Source: Chthoniobacterales bacterium
GTDB taxonomy: Bacteria; Verrucomicrobiota; Verrucomicrobiia; Chthoniobacterales; JAFAMB01
DNA length: 25,537 bases
Reading direction: 5' to 3'
Assembly (NCBI GenBank): GCA_035484035.1
Contig: DATHPI010000149.1
Location: forward strand, 1 to 25,537
A program made the position numbers and the translations under genes. The notes beneath the pieces were generated by a model. It was not told the DNA's origin. It made no database searches and was given only the letters and a program-made list of their open reading frames with translations. Below, piece by piece: positions 7,681 to 16,125 of the stretch; position 1 is the first letter of the stretch; each line of letters opens with the position of its first letter.

Positions 7681-9774
7681 TCAATTATTGCCCTTACCAG
7701 CAGACTTCGTATCAGCTCCAGGTTGGTCGCCATTATCACCTTTCTTTTCGCTGCTCAACGCAAGGCCTGATTTCTCAGCAACAAGAAGGCTTAGCAAAGC
7801 TGGCAGAAGTCCGTTCAGCGCGTTTCCGCCGGCCAGTCTATCCCCGTTACCGCCGTTTTCTCCGCCAAGTATAAACATACGTTCCGGAACCAGGGGCTGA
7901 ACACTTTTGGAGAGTTGTTCTCCCAACAGGTTGAGCGCAAACAGCCTTGGCTCACCATAGGCCGCAATTTTTTTCCGGTTCACTTCGGCCTCTGCTTCAC
8001 CGACCTGCGAAACCCGGGAGGCTTCACCCCGACCCTCCAATTCCCTTGCATGGCTTTGGCCGTCGGCGCGCGCGATGTCACGTTTCGCGAGACCCTCAGC
8101 TTCGGCAAGCTCTGCGGCGCCTTTATTCTTCGCAATCTCGATCGCGATCTTGGTTCCGGTCAGTTCCGCCTGCTTTTGGGCTATCGCCGTAGCCTCGTTC
8201 AGGGCCTTGAGCTGCGTTGCTGTCTCCTCCTGTCGGATATAAGTCGCTTTTTGCTCGTCAGCCAGGCGCCGGAGACGCAACTGATCAAAGAGACGATCGA
8301 TTGGATCATCCGGGGCGCCCTTTTTCTGGGATTCCGGACGACCAATCAGCACAGCGATGCAGTTAATGTCGTAGGCTTTGAATCGATTCCCCAGCTCTTC
8401 AGTTGCCTGTTGTTGAATAGTTTCTCTCTTTACTAACAAATCGAGCATCGAGTTCTTTTGCGCGACATCCCTAAAGAAGGCGGTCAGGATCGGATCGAGA
8501 GTCTGGGTAATCAAGCGCTTAACATTTCCGAATCTCTGGACCACGCTAGGAGCACGTTCGTAATCAATGTGGAGTACCAGTGACAGCGGAAGAAGCGGCT
8601 CGTAACCATCGGAAGTAACCAGTTCGATACTTCGGAGATCCTGGTCGTACCTATGAGATTCGGTCACGCCAGTGATCCACCGCAGAACAAAATTCACGGT
8701 TGGAACCGGCTCGACCTTTACCGCGTACGGATTAAGCGCATACTTGCCGGGCGGCAGTGCCTTTTTCCAGACGCCGCGCTCGTCGGTGCCGACCTGTTCT
8801 CCGTACCGGAATCCGGTGCCCGTCGTATCCTCACCAGGCTTGCCGTAGTAGCTTACCACCACTCCTACTGAACCGATGGGGATCAAATACTTGGGCTTCA
8901 TTTCGACTGACGCGAACCATCGGTTAATAAAGAATGTACCATCTGTTAGGACCTGCCGTTGCTTACCGCGGAAACCTCCCAGGGAAATAAACTTTTCAGT
9001 ATCCTGGAAGTAGTTATGACCGTCGTTCCCTCCTCCACCTACCTGCGGGGCAATGATCTCTCCAGACGGAAGCGTCAGCCCATCATGGACAGTCACCACT
9101 CCGATCTGGTCCGTCGCGCTCAAGATTTGATCGGGTTCCGCCTCGTTTGGCAAAGGCGGCAGGTCACGCCCGTTATTTCTGCCAAATCCGATCACCACCG
9201 GAGAGAAGCCATTGCAGGACTTTAACTCGTCCTGCCACCCTTTGTAGGTTTCCTTATCACTTTCCTGACTCGGACCTCCGTAAACTGCGTCTTCGGTAAT
9301 TACCACAAAGAGCGCCGTGTTAATTGCATAGACGCCTTCGCGCAAAGTGGCACGTTGGCGGCCGCGTTGACCGCCGTTCTCGAGAAAAGCAGCAGCGTCC
9401 TGGAAGCCGTTGCACTCCACGACTTTGCCCAATGTTTGCGTCGGCGGCAACGGCTGGCCGTCTCTAGCGTACAGATAGGCGATCTTTCCCTCCGCGACCG
9501 TGATCAGTGGCTGTTTGTGAACGGAGAACTGAAAAGGGTAAAAGCCAAAGTGCAGACCGCCCCGAAGCAACCTGGTTTGGAATCCAGCCTCCTCGTGTGA
9601 GGCGACGATTCGTCCTCCCTTCAGCGACCCCTTCGGAGACCAAAGCTTTTCGATCACCCCAACGCGGTTGTGCGGGATATAGCGGCAACCGACCAGCCCC
9701 AAGGCTGCCAGGATGAGAATAATAGCTGCTAAAGCAGCAAGACCGATTGCGATCAAAGAAGAATATTCGAACAT
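7681..9774 (-). CDS. Flotillin / SPFH (band 7) family membrane protein, 697 aa
   Basis: It has an N-terminal transmembrane segment, LIAIGLAALAAIILILAALGLV. An SPFH-like region follows (…VVQRFGNVKRLITQTLDPILTAFFRDVAQKNSMLDLLVKRETIQ…YDINCIAVLIGRP). Next comes a flotillin-type Ala/Glu-rich coiled coil (…AELAEAEGLAKRDIARAD…EAEAEVNRKKIAAYGEPRLFALNLLGEQL…). The C-terminal tail is Gly-rich. Confidence 0.65.
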   Translation of the reverse strand: MFEYSSLIAIGLAALAAIILILAALGLVGCRYIPHNRVGVIEKLWSPKGSLKGGRIVASHEEAGFQTRLLRGGLHFGFYPFQFSVHKQPLITVAEGKIAYLYARDGQPLPPTQTLGKVVECNGFQDAAAFLENGGQRGRQRATLREGVYAINTALFVVITEDAVYGGPSQESDKETYKGWQDELKSCNGFSPVVIGFGRNNGRDLPPLPNEAEPDQILSATDQIGVVTVHDGLTLPSGEIIAPQVGGGGNDGHNYFQDTEKFISLGGFRGKQRQVLTDGTFFINRWFASVEMKPKYLIPIGSVGVVVSYYGKPGEDTTGTGFRYGEQVGTDERGVWKKALPPGKYALNPYAVKVEPVPTVNFVLRWITGVTESHRYDQDLRSIELVTSDGYEPLLPLSLVLHIDYERAPSVVQRFGNVKRLITQTLDPILTAFFRDVAQKNSMLDLLVKRETIQQQATEELGNRFKAYDINCIAVLIGRPESQKKGAPDDPIDRLFDQLRLRRLADEQKATYIRQEETATQLKALNEATAIAQKQAELTGTKIAIEIAKNKGAAELAEAEGLAKRDIARADGQSHARELEGRGEASRVSQVGEAEAEVNRKKIAAYGEPRLFALNLLGEQLSKSVQPLVPERMFILGGENGGNGDRLAGGNALNGLLPALLSLLVAEKSGLALSSEKKGDNGDQPGADTKSAGKGNN

Positions 9775-10040
9775 AAAAGCAAGGTGGTTATCCCGTGTTA
9801 GCGAACGGCGAGCTTGAGCGGCGGCCCGCTCTTAAAAATGCGTCCGATTGAACGCAAGGTTTACACCGGTCTACACGCTCTTTAGAGAGGTTTAGATGCT
9901 CGCCATCCTTCAATGTAACACACTCCCAACCACTTGCTAGTGGGTGCACCCGGAACTAAGAGTTATCAACAAACCTTAACCCATTGCTGGGTTGAACTCA
10001 TAGGCGCTAACTAAGATAAGGAATGTTGATACCGGAAGTT

Positions 10041-10238
10041 CCGGCGCAGGTAGGGCGAAGCTCCGCCTGAGCCGGGGCTTTCCGCGTCGCATTCGCCCGT
10101 GAGATCGCCCCCTCAAATCATTCGTTCGACGGCATGAAATAATAAGTAATCCGAGGGAGAGTTTGCGGGGTGATGCTGTTGGGGTGAGGCCTAGCGGGAA
10201 GCGCCGGGTCAGGCCGAGCTTCGCCTTACCTGCGCCGG
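10041..10238. repeat. Family-2 repeat inverted pair (arms 10041-10100 and 10194-10238) with a core of about 95 bp
   Basis: ccggcgcaggtagggcgaagctccgcctgagccggggctttccgcg versus the reverse complement of cgggaagcgccgggtcaggccgagcttcgccttacctgcgccgg. The arms are about 85% identical. It lies in the 510-bp intergenic region between the flotillin gene and the NhaP gene. Confidence 0.6.
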
Positions 10239-10311
10239 CTCCTTGAAAAACTGAGCAATTGGCCGCGCGCATTGATTCTTTGCGGTGAAACCGCTACACC
10301 GTGGGTCCGAA

Positions 10312-11880
10312 ATGAACCAGGCTGAGATCATCTGCACCCTGTTGATCGTCGTTGCGGCCCTGGCCATCCTGGCGAAGAGAGTGGAGCTCCCCTATCCCGT
10401 GCTGCTGGTGATCGGCGGCCTGGCACTCGGATTTGTTCCGGGGTTGCCGGGGTTGCAACTTCAACCAGATGTCGTGTTTCTGTTCTTGTTGCCTCCGTTG
10501 CTCTATCCAGCCGCGGTCTTTACTTCCTGGCGGGATTTTCGCGCCAACCTGCGCCCGATTTTGCTACTCGCCATCGGCTTGGTACTGTTAACAACCGCGG
10601 TTGTGGCCATTGTCGCACACGCCCTGACCGGCTTGCCGTGGCCTGCGGCATTTGTTCTCGGAGCAATTATTTCGCCGCCGGACGCAGTCGCAGCGACCGC
10701 CATCACCAGCCGTCTACGCGTGCCGCGCACAATTGTCACCGTTCTGGATGGTGAAAGTCTCGTCAATGACGCCACCGCGCTCGTCGCCTACCGCTTCGCG
10801 ATTGCCGCGATGATCAGCGGCACCTTTTCACTTCCCGAGGCCATCGGGCGCTTTTTTCTGGTCGCGGTGGGCGGCACCGGTATTGGGTTGGCCGTGGGCT
10901 GGCTTGCCTCCCAGGTTCAGCGCCGTCTCGACGATCCGCCCGTCCAAATGACCATCTCGCTGCTGACGCCGTTTGCCGCTTACATTCCTGCGGAGCGTCT
11001 GCATCTTTCCGGCGTCCTGGCAGTCGTTGCTTCTGGACTGTTTATGGGCTGGCGCGGGCCGCAAATACTCACGGCCCGGACGCGGCTCAATATCTACGTC
11101 TTTTGGGAAATGATGGTGTTCCTTTTGAACGGTCTGGTCTTTGTCCTGATCGGTCTGCAACTGCCGCGTATTCTTCACACGCTTTCCGGCCGCTCGTTGA
11201 AACAGCTGATCTGGCAAGGAGCAATCATCAGCTTTGTCGCCATCTTCATACGGATCGCCTGGGTTTTTACGTCGGCGAACCTTCTTCGTCTGATCACCGT
11301 CGCTCCAGGCCAGAGGCCGGCGTGGCAGAATACGGCGATTGTCGCCTGGACTGGAATGCGCGGTGTCGTATCGCTGGCGGCCGCCCTGGCGGTCCCATTG
11401 ACCCTTTCGAACGGCGACCCTTTTCCCGGTCGGGACTACATCCTGTTTGTGACCTTTTGTGTGATCCTCGCCACGCTCGTGCTGCAAGGTCTCAGTTTGC
11501 CAGCGTTGATCCATCGGCTTGGCGTGGTCGATGATGGGCTTGCCAACATAGAAGAACGAACCGCGCGACTCAAAGCGAACGAAGCGGCGTTGGCCTATCT
11601 CGGGGAAATCGACCACAAGTTCACGCCAGACCTCGTCGAGCGGCTTCGGGTCGAATACGATGACCGTATTCGCCAATTGGAGGTTTGCGCCAACGTCGAG
11701 GGAACTAGCGAGGACGGGATGGTCGCGCCCTCCTACCAGCGCCTGCAGCAAGAGGCGCTCGATGTGGAGCGCAAAACCATCATCCAATTGCGCGATGAGT
11801 TTGTCATCAACGACGAAGTTTTGCGGCGCATCCAGGCCGACCTTGATCATGCCGAGGCAAGGCTGCACGTCCGCGAGTAA
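10312..11880 (+). CDS. Na+/H+ antiporter, CPA1 / NhaP type, with C-terminal cytoplasmic regulatory tail
   Basis: A run of about 12 hydrophobic helices carrying the motifs LLPPLLY, AIISPPDAVAATAI, SLVNDATALVAYRFA and AWTGMRGVVSLAAAL, typical of the Na_H_Exchanger family. I chose the ATG at 10312 (MNQAEIICTLL...); the ORF-track start is a GTG at 10285. Confidence 0.8.
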   Translation: MNQAEIICTLLIVVAALAILAKRVELPYPVLLVIGGLALGFVPGLPGLQLQPDVVFLFLLPPLLYPAAVFTSWRDFRANLRPILLLAIGLVLLTTAVVAIVAHALTGLPWPAAFVLGAIISPPDAVAATAITSRLRVPRTIVTVLDGESLVNDATALVAYRFAIAAMISGTFSLPEAIGRFFLVAVGGTGIGLAVGWLASQVQRRLDDPPVQMTISLLTPFAAYIPAERLHLSGVLAVVASGLFMGWRGPQILTARTRLNIYVFWEMMVFLLNGLVFVLIGLQLPRILHTLSGRSLKQLIWQGAIISFVAIFIRIAWVFTSANLLRLITVAPGQRPAWQNTAIVAWTGMRGVVSLAAALAVPLTLSNGDPFPGRDYILFVTFCVILATLVLQGLSLPALIHRLGVVDDGLANIEERTARLKANEAALAYLGEIDHKFTPDLVERLRVEYDDRIRQLEVCANVEGTSEDGMVAPSYQRLQQEALDVERKTIIQLRDEFVINDEVLRRIQADLDHAEARLHVRE

Positions 11881-12025
11881 ACAACCGGCTCATCAACACC
11901 TCTAGACGCTTCACAGGCGAACCTCCTTCCCGATCTGCCCGCCGAGCCGAACAAACGCCGACCACAGAATCTTGGGATTAAGTAGCTTGATCTCCACAAC
12001 CTGTAGGGTATTCTGGCCGAAATTC

Positions 12026-12694
12026 ATGAACAAGTCTGCCTTTCAGCCCTTGCCCGTGCTGTTGAGAGCCGAGCCGAATGATGCTCGTGGGACCTCTCAT
12101 TCAGCAATGATTTTACGAGTGATTGCCACTTTGGGAACCCTCTTCGCCCTCGGCGGGACGGTGGTGCTTTGTTTAGTCGCATTCAACGCCTTCCCGCCCA
12201 AGACGTTGGAATCAAAGTTGTCCGTTGGTGTTCCTGTTCCCGATCTTTCCGCAACTAGGGTCCCTCCGACTGCCGTGGCTGATCAGGAGAATGGCGTTGG
12301 GACGCCGGCCACAAAGACAACTCAGTCTGATCGTGCCGTCACCGCAGACGATCATTCCGTCATTGATCAAACACCCGCGCCCGCTCTGAATCCGAATTCA
12401 CCTCCCGCGCCGGGGGCCTCCATAAGTGATAGCGAGTTGCTGAACCAACAACGTCCCGAGACCGAACGGGCAACTCTCGATCGACAATATTCGGAGCCCG
12501 CGCGGAAAGCCTTGGAGAAAAAGCGCCGCGCCGCTGAGCGCCAGAGATCCCGCTTGGAAAAAAGGTATCAGGAGCACGCGATTTCCAGCGAGGCCTACAA
12601 GAAGGGCCAGGAGAATTACAGGATCCAAATCGATCGATATCGAAGGGAAATGAGTATCTATCGAGGGCCCGATAATCAAGCAGGGCAGGACTAA
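12026..12694 (+). CDS. Hypothetical membrane-anchored protein with Pro/Ala-rich linker and basic coiled-coil C-terminus
   Basis: A single hydrophobic segment, ILRVIATLGTLFALGGTVVLCLVAF, is followed by low-complexity P/A/T-rich sequence and a charged helical tail, RKALEKKRRAAERQRSRLEKRYQEHAISSEAYKKGQENYRIQIDRYRRE. I chose the ATG at 12026; the ORF track uses a TTG at 11972. I recognise no family. Confidence 0.4.
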   Translation: MNKSAFQPLPVLLRAEPNDARGTSHSAMILRVIATLGTLFALGGTVVLCLVAFNAFPPKTLESKLSVGVPVPDLSATRVPPTAVADQENGVGTPATKTTQSDRAVTADDHSVIDQTPAPALNPNSPPAPGASISDSELLNQQRPETERATLDRQYSEPARKALEKKRRAAERQRSRLEKRYQEHAISSEAYKKGQENYRIQIDRYRREMSIYRGPDNQAGQD

Positions 12695-12695
12695 C

Positions 12696-13046
12696 TTGAA
12701 TCAAGTTTCTGAACAGGTACCCGCAAGACAGCTCGATAAAATCGAGAAAATTAAGCTGATTGCTTATCGGCTCTGGGTAGCCAGGCGTGAAGGCAACATC
12801 ACGGGCGATGCCGAAAGCGATTATTTTCAGGCCGAGCAAATTCTTGAATCCAACCAGAATCTAAAGCGCTTTTTGCTGGGATCCTTTGGTTTTTCGGCGA
12901 TGGCATTTGTCTTGGGCCATTCGCCAGAAGAGCACTGCGCAAACGCCATGAACGCGGTTATCGGGCTCAATGAATTGGCGAACGAGTCCGAGCTCAGCTC
13001 GGAGCTTCGTGAAAGATTGCTTTGGCATCAGGGTTCGGTGAGGTAA
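12696..13046 (+). CDS. DUF2934-like small protein
   Basis: IAYRLWVARREGNITGDAESDYFQAEQIL fits the DUF2934 signature I recall (I..RAYelW..rG.p.G.d..DW..AE..l). The TTG start at 12696 lies 1 nt after the TAA of the upstream gene; there is no in-frame ATG upstream of the domain. Confidence 0.4.
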   Translation: MNQVSEQVPARQLDKIEKIKLIAYRLWVARREGNITGDAESDYFQAEQILESNQNLKRFLLGSFGFSAMAFVLGHSPEEHCANAMNAVIGLNELANESELSSELRERLLWHQGSVR

Positions 13047-13429
13047 CGGATAAAAAAAGGGCTCGCTAAAAAACGACACCCGGGACTTCGCTTCCTTTGT
13101 GTCCCTCTGTTCAAGTCACTTTCGTCCTTTCGCAAACTGTCTCGTCCAGCGATGTGACAAATTCTTCACCTGAGGAGACTTGCACCTAGTCCAAGAACAA
13201 CGTCTGATGGTCACTCTTGTTGATCCAGGAAAGTGAGCCTCTCTCAATTAAGCTGATTTCGTTTTTGATTGAAATCGGGATTTATTTCGTCTCGTTTAAC
13301 GAAGGCAATGCGATTCCATGAACTATCGCTCAACGTAAGTTGCTTTTAGAGGACACCTTCATTCCCTACTGCCACGCTAGACTTTTACACAAAAAAAGTT
13401 AAAATCTCGCCCGTCCGTCAGCTCAATCT

Positions 13430-14023
13430 ATGAAAATGATCCACTATTCGTTGATCGCTACCTACGTCGCGGTATTCGCGGCGGTCGATGCACCCGATAA
13501 AGCTGTGGCCTCGGATCCACTCGATTTGAGATCCGCAATCTCTGCGATCGACTCAAATGAGCCGCTCCTGGCCCAAGCCGATGCCGGTTCGAATAAACCA
13601 GGCGCCAAAGGGCCCAAGGTAAACGTCGATCAGAACGGCGTCATTCTTAAAGGTTACGATCCAGTCGCCTATTTCAAACAAAACAAAGCGGTCAAAGGTG
13701 ACCCGAAATATTCAAGTTCCTACGGAGGAGCGACTTATTACTTCGCATCGAGTGCCGATAAAGCCGAGTTTGAAAAATCCCCAGCGAAATATGCCCCGCA
13801 GTACGGCGGTTTTTGCGCGAGCTCGATGACTAAACGCAAGCTGAAAGATATCGATCCAAACGTTTTCGCGGTTTACAAAAATAAGCTTTACGTTTGCTCA
13901 AGTCCAAAGGCTAAAAAGAGCTTCTTCTCCGACCCGGACACCAATGTAAAGAAGGCGGACGCAAACTGGCAGTTCTATCAACCCCCGTCCAATCCGGGTT
14001 TCCGTCGCGAATTCGGAAGCTGA
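13430..14023 (+). CDS. Secreted YHS-domain protein
   Basis: It has a signal peptide, MKMIHYSLIATYVAVFAAVDA. GYDPVAYF...GDPKYSSSYGGATYYFASSADKAEFEKSPAKYAPQYGGFCA matches the YHS domain pattern. It is preceded by an AT-rich 380-bp intergenic region. Confidence 0.55.
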   Translation: MKMIHYSLIATYVAVFAAVDAPDKAVASDPLDLRSAISAIDSNEPLLAQADAGSNKPGAKGPKVNVDQNGVILKGYDPVAYFKQNKAVKGDPKYSSSYGGATYYFASSADKAEFEKSPAKYAPQYGGFCASSMTKRKLKDIDPNVFAVYKNKLYVCSSPKAKKSFFSDPDTNVKKADANWQFYQPPSNPGFRREFGS

Positions 14024-14050
14024 GATCCAGGAAAGTCAGTACACTCAAAT

Positions 14051-14078
14051 GCCGAGTTCGCGCTCGCGCGAACTCGGC
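14051..14078. terminator. Perfect GC-rich hairpin (12-bp stem, 4-nt loop) between the convergent YHS and GNAT genes. It lacks a clear U-tract.
   Basis: gccgagttcgcgc-tc-gcgcgaactcggc, read directly from the sequence; the two halves are exact reverse complements. Confidence 0.3.
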
Positions 14079-14206
14079 CGAGAGTTCGATAGTTCACGCT
14101 GAGCCCGCAAATCTGGCGGTAAGATTCTTGGAAAAGCCCCATTCCGGGCCTGCCTGCCCCGCGGACGGAATCAACCCACCGTCCCTTATTTCCTGATCAG
14201 CTCTTC

Positions 14207-14608
14207 TCACTTCGCCGGCAAGATCCATGCGGACTGGTGAGCCTCGAAGCCGATGTGCGGATAATAAGATTCTGCATTCGGAGCGGCCAACAGAATGATT
14301 TTCGCCTTATCTCCGAGTTTCGATTGCGTCAGACGAATCAACTCTTTTCCGATCCCGCTTCTTTGATATTCCTTGTCCACGGCTAGATCCGACAGATAAC
14401 AGCAGTATTCGAAATCCGTTACCGAACGTGCCACTCCAACGAGTTTAGAATCGTCCCATGCCGTGCAAAGCAAGTCTGCATGCTCGATCATCGCTCGGAT
14501 GCAATTGGGATCATCGATCGGCCGGCGGTCCGCGAGCGTCGAGCGTTTCAACAGATCAATGAACTCCTGATCGGTAATTGGTCGTAAGTGCTGATAGAGA
14601 ATTTTCAT
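14207..14608 (-). CDS. GNAT family N-acetyltransferase, small (133 aa)
   Basis: LSDLAVDKEYQRSGIGKELI contains the acetyl-CoA-binding Q/R-x-x-G-x-G/A motif within a GNAT-fold-length protein. I chose the ATG at 14606-14608 (MKILYQ). The in-frame upstream extension in the ORF track (to 14842) is Pro/Arg/Gly-rich low complexity and unlikely to be coding. Confidence 0.7.
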   Translation of the reverse strand: MKILYQHLRPITDQEFIDLLKRSTLADRRPIDDPNCIRAMIEHADLLCTAWDDSKLVGVARSVTDFEYCCYLSDLAVDKEYQRSGIGKELIRLTQSKLGDKAKIILLAAPNAESYYPHIGFEAHQSAWILPAK

Positions 14609-14766
14609 TTTTTGGTTTTGGCCAAAAGATGCTTTTGGTAAGCGGACATTGCCGCCCGCGCGTGTTCGCGGATGACGACTTCCGTCCGCACGGGATCCCG
14701 GGTCCGGAGGGTTCTCAAGATTTCCCAATGCTCGCGCTGCCATTCGAAAGTGATCCTGAAGGCCAT
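14605..14766 (-). CDS. 53-aa ribbon-helix-helix-like small protein, translationally coupled (ATGA overlap) to the GNAT gene
   Basis: Minus-strand ORF ATG (14766) ... TGA (14605-14607), translated as MAFRITFEWQREHWEILRTLRTRDPVRTEVVIREHARAAMSAYQKHLLAKTKK. The alternating RITFEW segment resembles the beta-strand of the CopG/Arc family (e.g. RLTITL). Two amphipathic helices follow. An in-frame TAA sits immediately upstream of the ATG. The ORF is absent from the six-frame track because it is under 60 aa. Confidence 0.4.
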   Translation of the reverse strand: MAFRITFEWQREHWEILRTLRTRDPVRTEVVIREHARAAMSAYQKHLLAKTKK

Positions 14767-15009
14767 TTAAATAAGAGAGAAAAGTCAATCCGGTTTTATA
14801 ATAGTAGGTAGGCGTTCGAAAAATATGGCGAGCCAACGGCACAGTCGGTTTCGAGGATTTGGCGGAAAAGCGGGACCTGACCTTGATCGAGTGCGTTTAC
14901 GGCAGCCGCGGCCGCGGCCGCAATGCCATCGGAGATGCCTAGCAAAGCGTTATGATGTACGAAGATCCAGTTTCAAGATTAATCCGTTTTCCCCTCCGGG
15001 CTCTGATCA

Positions 15010-16068
15010 ATGAGTAATGGTCTCCGAATCGCAGTTGTCGGTGCCGGTATCGGCGTCGAACATATCAAGGGCTATCAGGAACTACCCGAGCTCTTTGCTG
15101 TCAAAGTGCTGTGCGACATCCGGATTGAGCACGCTGCAGCGGTAGCCGAAAAATACGGCATCCAAAAAGTTAGCGCAAGCTTTGACGACGTCTGCCGTCG
15201 GCCGGACATCGACGTGATCGATATTTGTACACCACCAGCGTTTCATCCGGGCCAGATCGAAACGGCGCTCCAAGCGGGCAAACACGTGATCTGTGAAAAA
15301 CCGTTGGTAGGGAGTGTGGCGGCAGTGGATCTCGTTTCCCGCCTGGCGAGCGAAAGCGGTTGCCAGGTGATGCCAATATTTCAATATCGTTTTGGTCACG
15401 GCCTGCAGAAACTCAAATACCTGGTCGATCAGAAGTTGGTCGGCGAGGCGTTCGTCTTTAACGTCGACGTGGCTTGGTGGCGAGACAGCGAGTATTATCG
15501 CAACCCGTGGCGCGGCAAGCGAGCCACCGAGCTAGGAGGTGCGCTGCTCAGCCAGGCGATTCATGCCGTGGACATGGTGCTTTACATCCTGGGGCCCGCG
15601 AAAAGCGTCTTTGGGCGTACCACCACTCGTGTGAACCAAATTGAAGTCGAGGACTGTGTGGCCATCGCTCTGGAAATGGCCGACGGGTCGCTCGGCACGA
15701 TTTCCGTCACACTTGGTTCCCTGGCAGAAATTTCCAGGCATCGATTTACCTTTCGAAATGTCACTGCGGAGAGCAATATTCAGCCGTACGCTAATTCTCG
15801 GGAACCTTGGGCTTTTTCTTTCAACCCTGCTGGAAATGAAAAGCAAATGAAGGATGCAGTTGATCAATTGGCGCCTCTTCCGGAACGCTACGCAGGCCAG
15901 TTTTATCGCTTTTATCAGGCTCTCCGGAACGGGAAAGAACTGCCGGTCACGCTAGGGGATGCGCGTGCGGCGTTAGAAGTTATCGCGGCAACTTACTATT
16001 CCAGTGAAAAGAATGAGCCGGTCAATCTACCGATCGGGCCGGGCCATCCGAAATACGAGACATTTTAG
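15010..16068 (+). CDS. Gfo/Idh/MocA family NAD(P)-dependent oxidoreductase
   Basis: An N-terminal Rossmann region (LRIAVVGAGIGVEHIKGY…) and the conserved EKP motif (HVICEKPL), followed by a C-terminal alpha/beta domain. Confidence 0.8.
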   Translation: MSNGLRIAVVGAGIGVEHIKGYQELPELFAVKVLCDIRIEHAAAVAEKYGIQKVSASFDDVCRRPDIDVIDICTPPAFHPGQIETALQAGKHVICEKPLVGSVAAVDLVSRLASESGCQVMPIFQYRFGHGLQKLKYLVDQKLVGEAFVFNVDVAWWRDSEYYRNPWRGKRATELGGALLSQAIHAVDMVLYILGPAKSVFGRTTTRVNQIEVEDCVAIALEMADGSLGTISVTLGSLAEISRHRFTFRNVTAESNIQPYANSREPWAFSFNPAGNEKQMKDAVDQLAPLPERYAGQFYRFYQALRNGKELPVTLGDARAALEVIAATYYSSEKNEPVNLPIGPGHPKYETF

Positions 16069-16125
16069 TGGACCGTCTTTTAAGTCCCCTAAGGGATTTA
16101 GAAGGCGGTGCACCAGTTCGAAGAT

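Noticed and set aside
7529-7900. ORFs of 123 and 78 aa on the + strand spanning tRNA-Pro
   Set aside because: They read through the tRNA gene and into the antisense strand of the flotillin gene 3' end, with no coding signal.
10828-11868. 346-aa ORF on the minus strand
   Set aside because: It is antisense to the well-supported NhaP antiporter gene, and its product is highly charged, R/G/Q/D-rich low complexity. The same reasoning applies to 6073-6714 (antisense to the permease), 19329-19895 (antisense to an oxidoreductase) and 12360-12839.
14609-14842. In-frame N-terminal extension of the GNAT ORF back to the ATG at 14842
   Set aside because: The extension (…ARALGNLENPPDPGSRADGSRHPRTRAGGNVRLPKASFGQNQK) is low-complexity Pro/Arg/Gly-rich sequence. 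The overlapping alternative frame gives a well-formed RHH-like peptide with an ATGA junction, so I take MKILYQ (14608) as the GNAT start.
14578-15013. Two + strand ORFs of 77 and 62 aa between the GNAT and oxidoreductase genes
   Set aside because: The first is antisense to the RHH-like ORF and the GNAT 5' end. The second is Arg/Pro-rich low complexity over a GCGGCCGC-repeat stretch. Neither has start-site support.
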